The translations under genes were made by a program, and so were the position numbers. 49,018 nucleotides of DNA from Myxococcota bacterium (GTDB taxonomy: Bacteria; Myxococcota_A; UBA9160; PR03). Every line of letters begins with the position of its first letter. The first letter of the stretch is position 1. Location of the stretch: assembly GCA_041611735.1 (NCBI GenBank), contig JBFIML010000033.1, positions 1 to 49,018 on the forward strand, written 5' to 3'. This document shows positions 18,328 to 26,845 of this stretch, in pieces. Below the pieces are notes generated by a model, which was given only the letters and a program-made list of their open reading frames with translations, was not told the DNA's origin and did no database searches.

Positions 18328-18738
18328 TCAGCCCTCGGGCTCCGTCACGATGCCGAGCTTCGTCGCGCCCGCAGCCCGCACGGCGGCCATGGCCTTCACC
18401 ACCAACCCGTAGGGCGCCTTCTGGTCCGCACGCAGGAAGATCTCCTTGTCGTCGCGCCCCTCGAAGATCGCCTCCAGCTTGTCCGGCAGATCCTCGAAGG
18501 GGATCTCCTGGCGCGCCAGGAAGGTCTTGCCGTCCTCGCGCACGGTCAGGATCAGCGGCTCGTCCGACAGCCGCAGGGGCTGGGTGGTGGTCTCGGGCAG
18601 GTCCACGTCGATGCCTTGCTGGAGCAGCGGAGCCGTCACCATGAAGATGACGAGCAGCACGAGCATCACGTCCACGAAGGGCGTGACGTTGATTTCGGAG
18701 AGCGGCCGGTCGCCGCGCCCCAGCGGTCCCGGAGCCAC
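18328..18738 (-). CDS. tolR: TolR
   Basis: SEINVTPFVDVMLVLLVIFMVTAP, LRADQKAPYG. Confidence 0.95.
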   Translation of the reverse strand: MAPGPLGRGDRPLSEINVTPFVDVMLVLLVIFMVTAPLLQQGIDVDLPETTTQPLRLSDEPLILTVREDGKTFLARQEIPFEDLPDKLEAIFEGRDDKEIFLRADQKAPYGLVVKAMAAVRAAGATKLGIVTEPEG

Positions 18739-18740
18739 GA

Positions 18741-19487
18741 CTAGCCGCCTGCCGCCCGCGCGCCGGGGACCCCCGCGGCCTCCAAGCGTTCCAGGTCCGC
18801 CTCGAACTCGGCCCGGAAGAGATCGATGGCACCGGTGATGCGCCGAACCTCGGCGGCGAAGTGGTTGAAGAAGATGGTGGCCGGGATCGCCGCGGCGAGA
18901 CCCACGGCCGTGGCGATCAGCGCCTCGGCGATGCCGGGCGCCACCACCGCCAGGCTGGCCGACCCGGTCTGCCCGATCCCCTCGAAGGCATTGATGATGC
19001 CCACCACGGTGCCGAACAGCCCGATGAACGGCGAGGCGCTCGCGGTGGTCGCCAGGAAGGGAAGCCCCCGCTCCAGGCGCGCCGTCTCCCGCGCACCGCT
19101 CCAGGCCAGGTGACCGATCAGGGCACGGCGCTGGGCGGCGTCGAGCGCGCGCGCAGCGGACTTGCCGGCATAGCGGGCCATGCGGTTCAGCTCCGCGTAA
19201 CCATCCTGGAAGATCGAGGCCAACGGACTGGCCCCGAGGCCGCGGGATGCCTCGTAGGCGGCGTCGAAGGAGCCCTCGTGATAGACCTCGAGGAAGGCGT
19301 CGCTATCCTGCTCGGCGCGCTTCACCTCGCGCCACTTGAGGGCGATGAGGGCCCAGGAGATGACGGACAGCAGAACGAGGACCAGCAGGACGAGCTTGAC
19401 CACCCAACCGGCCTGAAAGATCAGGTCGAGGGCATTCAGGCTCGCGAGACGTCCCCCCAAAGCCGCCCCGGCGACGATCAGACTCAT
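18741..19487 (-). CDS. tolQ: TolQ (MotA/TolQ/ExbB)
   Basis: PFIGLFGTVVGI, VAPGIAEALIATAVGLAAAIPA. Confidence 0.95.
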   Translation of the reverse strand: MSLIVAGAALGGRLASLNALDLIFQAGWVVKLVLLVLVLLSVISWALIALKWREVKRAEQDSDAFLEVYHEGSFDAAYEASRGLGASPLASIFQDGYAELNRMARYAGKSAARALDAAQRRALIGHLAWSGARETARLERGLPFLATTASASPFIGLFGTVVGIINAFEGIGQTGSASLAVVAPGIAEALIATAVGLAAAIPATIFFNHFAAEVRRITGAIDLFRAEFEADLERLEAAGVPGARAAGG

Positions 19488-19513
19488 TTTCCTCTCAGAT
19501 CAACGTCCGGGCT

Positions 19514-19542
19514 AGTTTAGGTAACGGTCCGGATCCCTTCAA
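19514..19542 (-). promoter_or_regulatory. sigma70 promoter of the tol operon
   Basis: TTGAAG-N17-TAAACT in the divergent tolQ/pepA gap. Confidence 0.6.
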
Positions 19543-19570
19543 GGAACGGGGTTCGGAGGGAGGAGGGCCC

Positions 19571-21124
19571 GTGCAGATCGGCGTGGACACCCGGGATCCG
19601 CTGCGTGCGGAGGCGGACCTGCTGGCGCTCCTCCTGCCGGCGCTCGAGCCGGCGCGCTGGCGGCTGCCGGCCCGCGTGGCGGCCCTCGACCGGACCCAGG
19701 GCGGCCGCATCGCCGCGGTGATCGCCCAGCGCGACTTCCGCGGGCGCCCGGGGGAGACCCTGCTCCTGTATCCCGACGGCAAGCTCGGAACGCCACGCCT
19801 GCTGCTGGTGGGACTCGGTCCCGAGGCCCAGATCGGCCCCCAGACCCTGCGCCTCGCCGCGGGAGCCGCCGTGCAGGCGGCGTCGGCGCGTGGAGCGGAG
19901 CGCGTGGCCATCGTGGTTCCCACGGCCCGCGCCCTGCGCGGGGGCCCGGCGGGCCAGGCCCTGGCGGAGGGAGCCCTGCTCGGCGGCTTCCGGTCCGACG
20001 CGTACCGCACCGAGTGGGACGAGGAGCCCATCCCGGTGAGGCAGGTCACACTTCTGGTGGAACGGGCTCCGGACGCTCGCGCCGCGCGCGCGGGCGCCGC
20101 GCGCGGGAGGGTGCTCGGCGAGGCCCAGAACCTGGCCCGACAGCTCTCCAACGAGCCCGGCAATGCCCTGCCCCCTGCCGGGCTGGCGCGCGCCGCCGAG
20201 CGGGTGGCGCGCGAGGAGGGCCTTGCCTGCCGGGTCCTGGAGGTTCCGCAGCTGCGTCGGCTCAAGATGGGCGCCCTGCTGGCCGTGGGTCAGGGCAGCC
20301 GCAACCCGCCGCGCCTCGTGGTGCTGGAGCACAACGCCCCGCCGCGCGCCCGGCGGGGCCGGGCCCGGCGGGCGCCGCGGCGCCGGCCCACCGTGTGCGT
20401 GATCGGCAAGGGGATCACCTTCGACTCGGGCGGCATCTCCATCAAGCCCTCCCAGAACATGCAGGACATGAAGCACGACATGTCCGGGGCGGCCGCCGTG
20501 ATCGGACTGATGCGTGCTGCGGCGCGCCTGCGCCTGCCGCTGCACGTGGTCGGGATCGTGGCCGCGGCCGAGAACCTGCCCGGCGGCTCCGCCTACCGTC
20601 CCGGGGACGTCATCACGTCCATGGCGGGACGCACCATCGAGATCCTGAACACCGACGCCGAGGGCCGCCTCGTGCTGGCCGACGCCCTGCACTTCGCCCG
20701 CTCCCAGTTCGAGCCCGACGCGATGATCGACCTGGCCACGCTGACCGGTGCCTGTGTGATCGCGCTCGGGCGCTGGGCCTCGGGCCTGTTCGGCACCGAC
20801 GACCGCCTGTGCGAGCGCCTGGCCCGGGCGGGCGAGGCCACCGGAGAGCGGGTCTGGCGCCTCCCGCTCTGGGACGAGCACCGGGAGCACATGAAGAGCC
20901 AGTTCGCGGACCTGAAGAATGCGGGCGGGCGGGAAGCCGGAGCCGTGACGGCGGCCGCCTTCCTCTCCCGCTTCGCGGGCGACACGCCCTGGGCGCACCT
21001 GGACATCGCCGGCACGGCCTGGACCGACAAGCCGGGGCTCTGCCAGCCGCTCGGGGCGACGGGCGTGGGGGTCCGCCTGCTGGCCGAGGCGCTCTCCCAA
21101 TGGAAGGGGGCCCGCGCCTCCTGA
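19571..21124 (+). CDS. pepA: Leucyl aminopeptidase (M17)
   Basis: GKGITFDSGG, MKHDMSGAA, NTDAEGRL, DLATLTGA, WAHLDIAG; GGAGGAGG SD. Confidence 0.96.
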   Translation: MQIGVDTRDPLRAEADLLALLLPALEPARWRLPARVAALDRTQGGRIAAVIAQRDFRGRPGETLLLYPDGKLGTPRLLLVGLGPEAQIGPQTLRLAAGAAVQAASARGAERVAIVVPTARALRGGPAGQALAEGALLGGFRSDAYRTEWDEEPIPVRQVTLLVERAPDARAARAGAARGRVLGEAQNLARQLSNEPGNALPPAGLARAAERVAREEGLACRVLEVPQLRRLKMGALLAVGQGSRNPPRLVVLEHNAPPRARRGRARRAPRRRPTVCVIGKGITFDSGGISIKPSQNMQDMKHDMSGAAAVIGLMRAAARLRLPLHVVGIVAAAENLPGGSAYRPGDVITSMAGRTIEILNTDAEGRLVLADALHFARSQFEPDAMIDLATLTGACVIALGRWASGLFGTDDRLCERLARAGEATGERVWRLPLWDEHREHMKSQFADLKNAGGREAGAVTAAAFLSRFAGDTPWAHLDIAGTAWTDKPGLCQPLGATGVGVRLLAEALSQWKGARAS

Positions 21125-21213
21125 GGCCGACCCCGGGGGGCTGCCCGGAGGCCGAATCTCGGTCAGACTCCTTCCGTCCAAAGCGACACCTCGCACAAAG
21201 GAGACTCGCTGCC

Positions 21214-21597
21214 ATGCAGGCTTCCTGGACCGCTCCGGCCCTCTGGCTGGCCGCCCTCGCCCTCGCCCTGGCGACCGCGCCCGCCGCCGAGGCCGCCGAC
21301 GCGGCGGCTGGCAAGGGCGTCTACGCCGCCAACTGCGTCTCGTGTCACGGCGAGGCCGGCGACGGCAAGGGGCCGGTGGGCGCCGCCCTCAAGCCCGCGC
21401 CGCGGGACTTCTCCAAGGGCGAGTTCAAGTTCGATGCCGATGGCGATGGCAAGGCCGGCACGGATGCCGACCTCGTCGCCGTGATCCGGAACGGAGCCGC
21501 CCAGTACGGCGGCTCCCCGCTCATGGCGCCGTGGGGTCATCTCTCCGACGCGGACATCGAGAACGTCGTCGCCCACATCCGCACCCTCGAGAAGTAG
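21214..21597 (+). CDS. Periplasmic monoheme cytochrome c
   Basis: Signal peptide, CVSCH, GDGKGP, PRDF, distal Met MAPW; AAGGAG SD. Confidence 0.93.
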   Translation: MQASWTAPALWLAALALALATAPAAEAADAAAGKGVYAANCVSCHGEAGDGKGPVGAALKPAPRDFSKGEFKFDADGDGKAGTDADLVAVIRNGAAQYGGSPLMAPWGHLSDADIENVVAHIRTLEK

Positions 21598-21649
21598 CCC
21601 GCGCCGCCGCATTTCGAGCCCCGCGCCGGCCCGGAACCCGCGGGAGCTC

Positions 21650-21658
21650 TGCTATGCT
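21650..21658 (+). promoter_or_regulatory. Extended -10 promoter of rpoH
   Basis: TG-c-TATGCT about 20 nt upstream of TTG 21679. Confidence 0.4.
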
Positions 21659-21678
21659 GGGTGCGCGCGGAGTCCAGG

Positions 21679-22632
21679 TTGAGCCGTCGCGAGCCGCCCA
21701 GGCATCCCAAAGTTCCGGTTCCGGTGGATCCCGAGGCCAACCTGCCGGCGGTTCCCGCGACCGGTGGGGCAGTCGCCCCGTCCGATGCGCTAACCCGCTA
21801 CATGGCGGAGCTGCGCCACCACCCGCCCATTCCCCGGGAAGAGGAGCACGCCCTGGCCGTGCGCTGGGTCGAGGAGGGCGACGTGGAGGCCGCCCGGCGC
21901 CTGGCCCTGGCCAACCTGCGGCTGGTGGTGAAGATCGCCATGCAGTACCGGCGCGCCTGGACCAACGTGCTGGACCTGATCCAGGAGGGGAACGTGGGGC
22001 TCCTGCAGGCGGTGCAGCGCTACGACCCCTACCAGGACGTCAAGCTCTCCTCCTACGCGGTCTACTGGATCCGCGCCTACATCCTGAAGTACCTGATCGA
22101 CAACTTCCGCATCGTCCGCCTGGGGACCACGCGCGCCCAGCGCAAGCTCTTCTTCCGCCTGAACAAGGAGAAGCGCGCCCTCGAGCGGGAGGGATTCGAG
22201 GTCGAGCCGCGCCTGCTGGCCCAGCGGCTGGAAGTGAGCGAGGAGGACGTGGTGGACATGGGCCGCCGCCTGGCGGAGACGGACCTCTCCCTGGACGCGC
22301 CCCTGAAGCAGGACGAGGGACGGGCCACGTTCGGGGATTTCGTGGCCGCCGGGGGCGCCTCCAGCGAGGACCGCGTCGGAGACCAGCAGCTGCGGCGCGT
22401 GTTCCTGGAGAAGGTGCGCGACTTCGCCGAGGGGCTCGGTGACCGCGAGCGCCGCATCGTGGAGGAGCGGATCCTGGCCGACGAGCCGAAGACGCTGCAG
22501 CAGCTCGGCGAGGAGTTCGCGGTCTCGCGGGAGCGGGTGCGACAGCTCGAAGCGCGGGTGGTGGAGCAGCTGCGCGAGTACCTGAAGCAGAACCTGGTGG
22601 ACTTCGAGTACTACGCGCCGTCGCGAGACTGA
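21679..22632 (+). CDS. rpoH: RNA polymerase sigma-32 factor
   Basis: NLRLVVKIA, DLIQEGNVGL, YAVYWIRAYI, RpoH box TTRAQRKLFFRL, VSRERVRQLE; TTG start preferred because of GGAG SD. Confidence 0.9.
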   Translation: MSRREPPRHPKVPVPVDPEANLPAVPATGGAVAPSDALTRYMAELRHHPPIPREEEHALAVRWVEEGDVEAARRLALANLRLVVKIAMQYRRAWTNVLDLIQEGNVGLLQAVQRYDPYQDVKLSSYAVYWIRAYILKYLIDNFRIVRLGTTRAQRKLFFRLNKEKRALEREGFEVEPRLLAQRLEVSEEDVVDMGRRLAETDLSLDAPLKQDEGRATFGDFVAAGGASSEDRVGDQQLRRVFLEKVRDFAEGLGDRERRIVEERILADEPKTLQQLGEEFAVSRERVRQLEARVVEQLREYLKQNLVDFEYYAPSRD

Positions 22633-23006
22633 CCGCGGCCCGCCGCGGGCCCGGACCGCGCCTCCCGCAGGGCCGCCTCCACGAGGGCGCGCAGGCGCAC
22701 GGCGGCGCGGCGCCGCACCGGAAGGACGCTCGCTTCCCAGCTCGCCAGCAGGGCGCGGCGCTGGCTGCGGCTCTGCCAGGCGAAGCCGCGACGCGAGCGC
22801 AGGCGCAGCCGTGGCTCCCATTCGAGCAGGCGCAGGGTCCACTCGAGGGCACGCCGCTCCCGGGGTGCGAGGCGGCGCTCCACGGCAGGGACGAGGTCCA
22901 GGTCGCCACCCCCGGGCGCGTCGGCGCTCGGCGGGGCCCAGGCGTCGGCCACGTTGTAGAGGACCCGGGCCGCGCGAGGCGACAGGCGGTCGGCGGTGGG
23001 GCTCAC
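22611..23006 (-). CDS. Hypothetical protein resembling gluconate 2-dehydrogenase subunit 3 family
   Basis: Pattern xxLxxxADAxxP..PGGGDLDL..GFAxxSxxQRRALLASWE; GTG overlaps the M20 stop. Confidence 0.5.
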   Translation of the reverse strand: MSPTADRLSPRAARVLYNVADAWAPPSADAPGGGDLDLVPAVERRLAPRERRALEWTLRLLEWEPRLRLRSRRGFAWQSRSQRRALLASWEASVLPVRRRAAVRLRALVEAALREARSGPAAGRGQSRDGA

Positions 23007-24211
23007 CGGGAGGCTTCCACGGCCAGGAAGCGCAGGGCGACCGCTGCGTGCAGGGCAATGCCCCTCGCCATGGCCGCCTCGTCGATCACCATGCGGTTGG
23101 AGTGGAGCGGCTCGGCGGGGCGGTCGCCGGGCCGAGCGCCCAGGAAGACGAGCGCGCCAGGCACGCGCTCGAGCACGTAGGAGAAGTCCTCGGCGCCCAT
23201 GATGGGCGCGGCCATCTCGCGGGCCTCGTCCTGGCCGACCAGGTCCCGGGCCACATCCGTCACGAAGTCAGCAAAGCCGGCGTCGTTCACGGTGACGGGA
23301 TAGCCCGGGAGCCAGTGGACGCGCACCTCGAGCCCATGGGCGGCGGCGATCCCCTCGGCGCAGCGGCGCACGCCCTGCTCGGCGGCGCGCCGGGCCCGCT
23401 CCGAGACGCTTCGGACCGTGCCGACCAGGTTGGCCGCCGCCGGGATCGTGTTGTGGGTGGTGCCGGCCTGGACACGGGTCACCGTGAGCACCACCGGGTC
23501 GAAGGCGTCGAAGCGCCGCGTGACGAGGCTCTGGAGGGCCAGCACCAGCTCGGCGGCCGCGGGCACCGGATCCGCCGCCTCGTGGGGCATGGACGCGTGC
23601 CCGCCGCGCCCGAGCACGTCCACGGAGAAGACGTCCGAGGCGGCCAGGATCGGGCCCGGCCGGGTGGCCACCCTGCCCGAGGCCAGGCTCGGATTCACGT
23701 GGATGGCGAAGGCCGCCTCCACGCGCGGCTCCCGGTCCAGGAGGCCCTCCTCGATCAGGATGCGGGCGCCCGCGTGGCCCTCCTCGCCGGGCTGGAAGAG
23801 CAGCTTGACGGTTCCGGCCAGGGCGGCGCGACGCGGAGCCAGCAGGCGCGCGGCGCCCACCAGCATGGCCACGTGGGCGTCGTGGCCGCAGGCATGCATG
23901 ACCCCGGCGTGCTGCGAGGCGAACTCGACGCCGCTCTCCTCCTGCAGCGGGAGGGCATCCATGTCGGCCCGCAGCAGGAGCGTGCGACCCGGTCGCCCGC
24001 CGCGCAGGGTGGCCACGACCGCGCTGGTGCGCCCGCCCGTGGCCACGTCCAGACCGAGGCCGTCCAGGGCCTCGAGCACCGCATCCCGGGTCTCCGGCAG
24101 CTCGAGGCCGAGCTCGGGCCGGGCGTGGAGCCGGCGGCGGAGCCGCACGGCGTCGGTCAGCAGCTCCCGGGCCGCGTCGAGAAGCTGGCTGGGAGCAGCC
24201 TCCTCGCTCAC
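23003..24211 (-). CDS. M20D amidohydrolase (hippurate hydrolase-like)
   Basis: RRRLHARPELG, LRADMDALP, MHACGHD, FQPGEEG, GGHASMPH, MGAEDFSY, LHS; AAGGAGG SD. Confidence 0.95.
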   Translation of the reverse strand: MSEEAAPSQLLDAARELLTDAVRLRRRLHARPELGLELPETRDAVLEALDGLGLDVATGGRTSAVVATLRGGRPGRTLLLRADMDALPLQEESGVEFASQHAGVMHACGHDAHVAMLVGAARLLAPRRAALAGTVKLLFQPGEEGHAGARILIEEGLLDREPRVEAAFAIHVNPSLASGRVATRPGPILAASDVFSVDVLGRGGHASMPHEAADPVPAAAELVLALQSLVTRRFDAFDPVVLTVTRVQAGTTHNTIPAAANLVGTVRSVSERARRAAEQGVRRCAEGIAAAHGLEVRVHWLPGYPVTVNDAGFADFVTDVARDLVGQDEAREMAAPIMGAEDFSYVLERVPGALVFLGARPGDRPAEPLHSNRMVIDEAAMARGIALHAAVALRFLAVEASR

Positions 24212-24282
24212 CGGCTTCCTCCTTGGCGATGGCCCGGGCCGCGCAGCGCGCGGGCTACCCTGGGGCCGACCGGGAGGGATGC

Positions 24283-24576
24283 GTGGAAGCGGCTCCCGTC
24301 CGCCGTCGGGTGATCGTACACGGCCGCGTGCAGGGCGTCGCCTTCCGCTACGCCACCCGCGCGCGCGCCCGGGAGCTGGGCGTCGCGGGCTGGGTGCGCA
24401 ACCGGGGCGACGGGAGCGTGGAGGCGGTCTTCGAGGGGCGGTTGGAGCACGTGGAGGCCCTGGTCGCGTTCTGCCGCAGGGGCCCGCCCGCGGCCCGGGT
24501 GGAACACCTCGAGGTCCGCGAGGAGCCACCGGAAGGCCTGCCCGGCTTCGAAGTAGGCAGGGACGCTCTTGACTAG
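24283..24576 (+). CDS. acyP: Acylphosphatase
   Basis: GRVQGVAFR, GWVRNRGDGSVE, GPPAARV; GGAGG SD before GTG 24283. Confidence 0.95.
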   Translation: MEAAPVRRRVIVHGRVQGVAFRYATRARARELGVAGWVRNRGDGSVEAVFEGRLEHVEALVAFCRRGPPAARVEHLEVREEPPEGLPGFEVGRDALD

Positions 24577-25147
24577 AGAACGTCCCCGGATGCGGCCGCA
24601 TCTGCTGGGCATCGACGACGGGGCCTTCGACAAGCGCGTGGACCGGGATGTCCCGGTGGTCGGCGTCGTGATGGAGGGGTGCGACCTGGTGGAGGGGGTG
24701 GCGCTCACGCGCTTCCCCGTGGACGGGGAGGACGTCACGGCCTTCCTCGGCTCCTGGATCGCCGGCCTGCGCTTCCGCCCGGCGCTCCAGGGCGTCGTGC
24801 TGGGCGGGATCACCCTGGCGGGGCTCGCGGTGGTGGACGTACCCGGGCTCGCCCGGGAGACCGGACTGCCGGTGCTGGTGGTAAACCGACGCGATCCGAG
24901 CGATCACCGCCTGGACGCAGCCCTGGAGGCGGCCCGGCTCGCCTCGCGGAGGGCCCTGGTTCAACGCTGTCCCCCGGCCTTCCCGGTCTCCGACGGCCTC
25001 TACGTGGCTTGCGCCGGGGTGACGCCCCGACGCGCTCGGGCCCTGCTGGCGGCGGCGCAGCGCAAGTCGGAGCTCCCGGAGCCCCTGCGCCTCGCGCACC
25101 TGATCGCCCGGGCGGTCGCCACGGGCGAATCGCGCGGCCGACCCTGA
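24569..25147 (+). CDS. DUF99/UPF0215 (endonuclease dU-like) protein
   Basis: LGIDDGAF, VDGEDVT, LGGITLAGLAVVD, PEPLRLAHLIA. Confidence 0.85.
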   Translation: MTRERPRMRPHLLGIDDGAFDKRVDRDVPVVGVVMEGCDLVEGVALTRFPVDGEDVTAFLGSWIAGLRFRPALQGVVLGGITLAGLAVVDVPGLARETGLPVLVVNRRDPSDHRLDAALEAARLASRRALVQRCPPAFPVSDGLYVACAGVTPRRARALLAAAQRKSELPEPLRLAHLIARAVATGESRGRP

Positions 25148-25150
25148 GCC

Positions 25151-26422
25151 TCAGGTCCCGGCCTGGGGGAACTCGCGCTCGATGCTCTGGCGCACCGCCG
25201 CATCGAGGCCATCCGTGTCCAGCCCGACCGCCCGGCGCAGGGCGGCGTCGGCGCTGCGGCCCGCCCCGAGGTCCGCCAGCAGCCGCGTGCGCCGAGCCAC
25301 GTCCGTGTGCTCCTCCAGCCAGCGCGCGGTGGCCGTCGCCTGCAGGTACGCGACGCGCGCTGCCGCCTCGTCGAGGCCGCCGAAGCCCTCGCTGAGCCGC
25401 CGCAGCGGAATCCAGGCCCCGGCTTCCACGCGGCGGTGCAGGGCCACCCGCTCGCTGCGGGTGAGTGGCTCCTGATGCCGGGAGGCCCGCTCGGACAGCT
25501 CCGCCAGGCCTTCGTTCAGCCAGAAGGGGCGGTCGCCGCCCGTGTGCTCGCGAAAGGCCGCGTGGGTGAACTCGTGGAACAGCAGCGCGCGCAGCTCGCC
25601 CGCGGGATGGGCGGCCGACACCACGTGGATGCGTCCGTCGAAGAAGCCCACGGTCGGGAACGAGAAGCGGTGCCGGTGGGCGGAGAGGTAGGCGGCCTTC
25701 CCGTACAGGACGACCCGTGTGCTCTCCCGAGGCGCCACGCCCAGGCGCTCGCTCACCAGGGCACGCGCCTCCTCCAGATAGCGGACCACCGTGTGCGCGA
25801 AGTCGGCAGAGGCCTCTCCCAACCGCTCCTCGTAGCGGATGCGGAAGTGGGGGCTCTCCAGGGCCACGAAGCGCAAGGGACCCGCGGCCGCCTGGGCCTC
25901 CGCCAGGCTCCGCTCGTCCTCGAGCACTCCGAGGCGCCGCTCGGCGGAGGCGCGCCAGGCCTCGAAGCGCTCGCCGGCATGGGCCAGGAACGTGCGCAGG
26001 TGGGCCTCCGAGGCGTCGAGCCGGCCGCGCTGGCGGTCGAGGAGTGCCAGGTACCAGTGGGCTTCGGCCCGGCCCGGCTCCAGGCGGAGCACCCCCTCGA
26101 GGGTGGCCGAGGCCCGGGCGCTCTCGCCGCGGCGCAGGTCATCCACGGCGCCCCGCAGGAGCCGCTGCACGCGCTCCTCCTCGCGGCTGCGAGCTCGGGT
26201 GGGCACCGGCCGCGGGGCCGACGGGCCGACCACCTTTCGGTCCCACAGCCCCGGGGCCTGCTCCGCCGGCGTCCCGGCCCCCTCCCCCGGCAGGGCGGAG
26301 GGGTCGTCCGTCACGTGGGTGTGGCCCTCCTCGTCCACCCAGACGAAGAGCGTCGCCGTGGCGGGTGCGGCGAGGGCCAGGAGCCCCGCCAGCACCAGTC
26401 CTCCGGCCAGCCCGGGACCCAT
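25151..26422 (-). CDS. Exported DUF4124-TPR-peptidase MA (gluzincin) protein
   Basis: Signal peptide, LFVWVDEEGHTHVTDDP (DUF4124), TPR AEAHWYLALL, HEFTH...WLNEGLAE. Confidence 0.85.
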   Translation of the reverse strand: MGPGLAGGLVLAGLLALAAPATATLFVWVDEEGHTHVTDDPSALPGEGAGTPAEQAPGLWDRKVVGPSAPRPVPTRARSREEERVQRLLRGAVDDLRRGESARASATLEGVLRLEPGRAEAHWYLALLDRQRGRLDASEAHLRTFLAHAGERFEAWRASAERRLGVLEDERSLAEAQAAAGPLRFVALESPHFRIRYEERLGEASADFAHTVVRYLEEARALVSERLGVAPRESTRVVLYGKAAYLSAHRHRFSFPTVGFFDGRIHVVSAAHPAGELRALLFHEFTHAAFREHTGGDRPFWLNEGLAELSERASRHQEPLTRSERVALHRRVEAGAWIPLRRLSEGFGGLDEAAARVAYLQATATARWLEEHTDVARRTRLLADLGAGRSADAALRRAVGLDTDGLDAAVRQSIEREFPQAGT

Positions 26423-26471
26423 GCTCCGCAAGGGGCTCAACGAACCCCGTCGCGGTGCCGATTCCCCGGAC

Positions 26472-26741
26472 ATGGGCCTCGAGCTCACCCGCGAACTGCG
26501 CGCCCGGGTCGAGCGCGTGGTGGATCGGCTGCGCCCCGCCCTCGTCGCCGACGGGGGGAACGTGGAGATCCTGCACGTGGACGAGGAGGGTGTGGTCACC
26601 ATCCGCTTTCAGGGTGCCTGCGTCGACTGCCCGGCCCAGGCTGCCACCCTGCGCCTGGGCCTCGAGGCTAGCTTGCGCCGCGAGGTGCCGGAGGTGGCGG
26701 CGGTGGTCCCGGTGGCTCCCGCGAGCGCCCTGGCGCGTTGA
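26472..26741 (+). CDS. NifU/Nfu-type Fe-S carrier (single domain)
   Basis: LRPALVADGGNVE, GACVDCP (CxxC). Confidence 0.9.
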   Translation: MGLELTRELRARVERVVDRLRPALVADGGNVEILHVDEEGVVTIRFQGACVDCPAQAATLRLGLEASLRREVPEVAAVVPVAPASALAR

Positions 26742-26767
26742 CCTCGCTTTCCTGCTGCGCCTAGAAT
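26738..26767 (+). promoter_or_regulatory. sigma70 promoter of the H1-like gene
   Basis: TTGACC-N18-TAGAAT. Confidence 0.6.
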
Positions 26768-26845
26768 CGGCTTGGATCCGCCGCTTCGAGTGCCTGCCCC
26801 CGGGATGCGCCGAAGCCCGGCGGCGCCTTGGGAGGGAGCGCAGCC

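Noticed and set aside
19537-19543. CTTGAA as a sigma32 -35 element upstream of tolQ
   Set aside because: No CCCCAT-like -10; spacing fits a sigma70 TAAACT instead.
26769-26780. GGCTTGGATCC resembling the pan motif 5' arm
   Set aside because: No complementary GGACCGAG arm and no pantothenate gene downstream.
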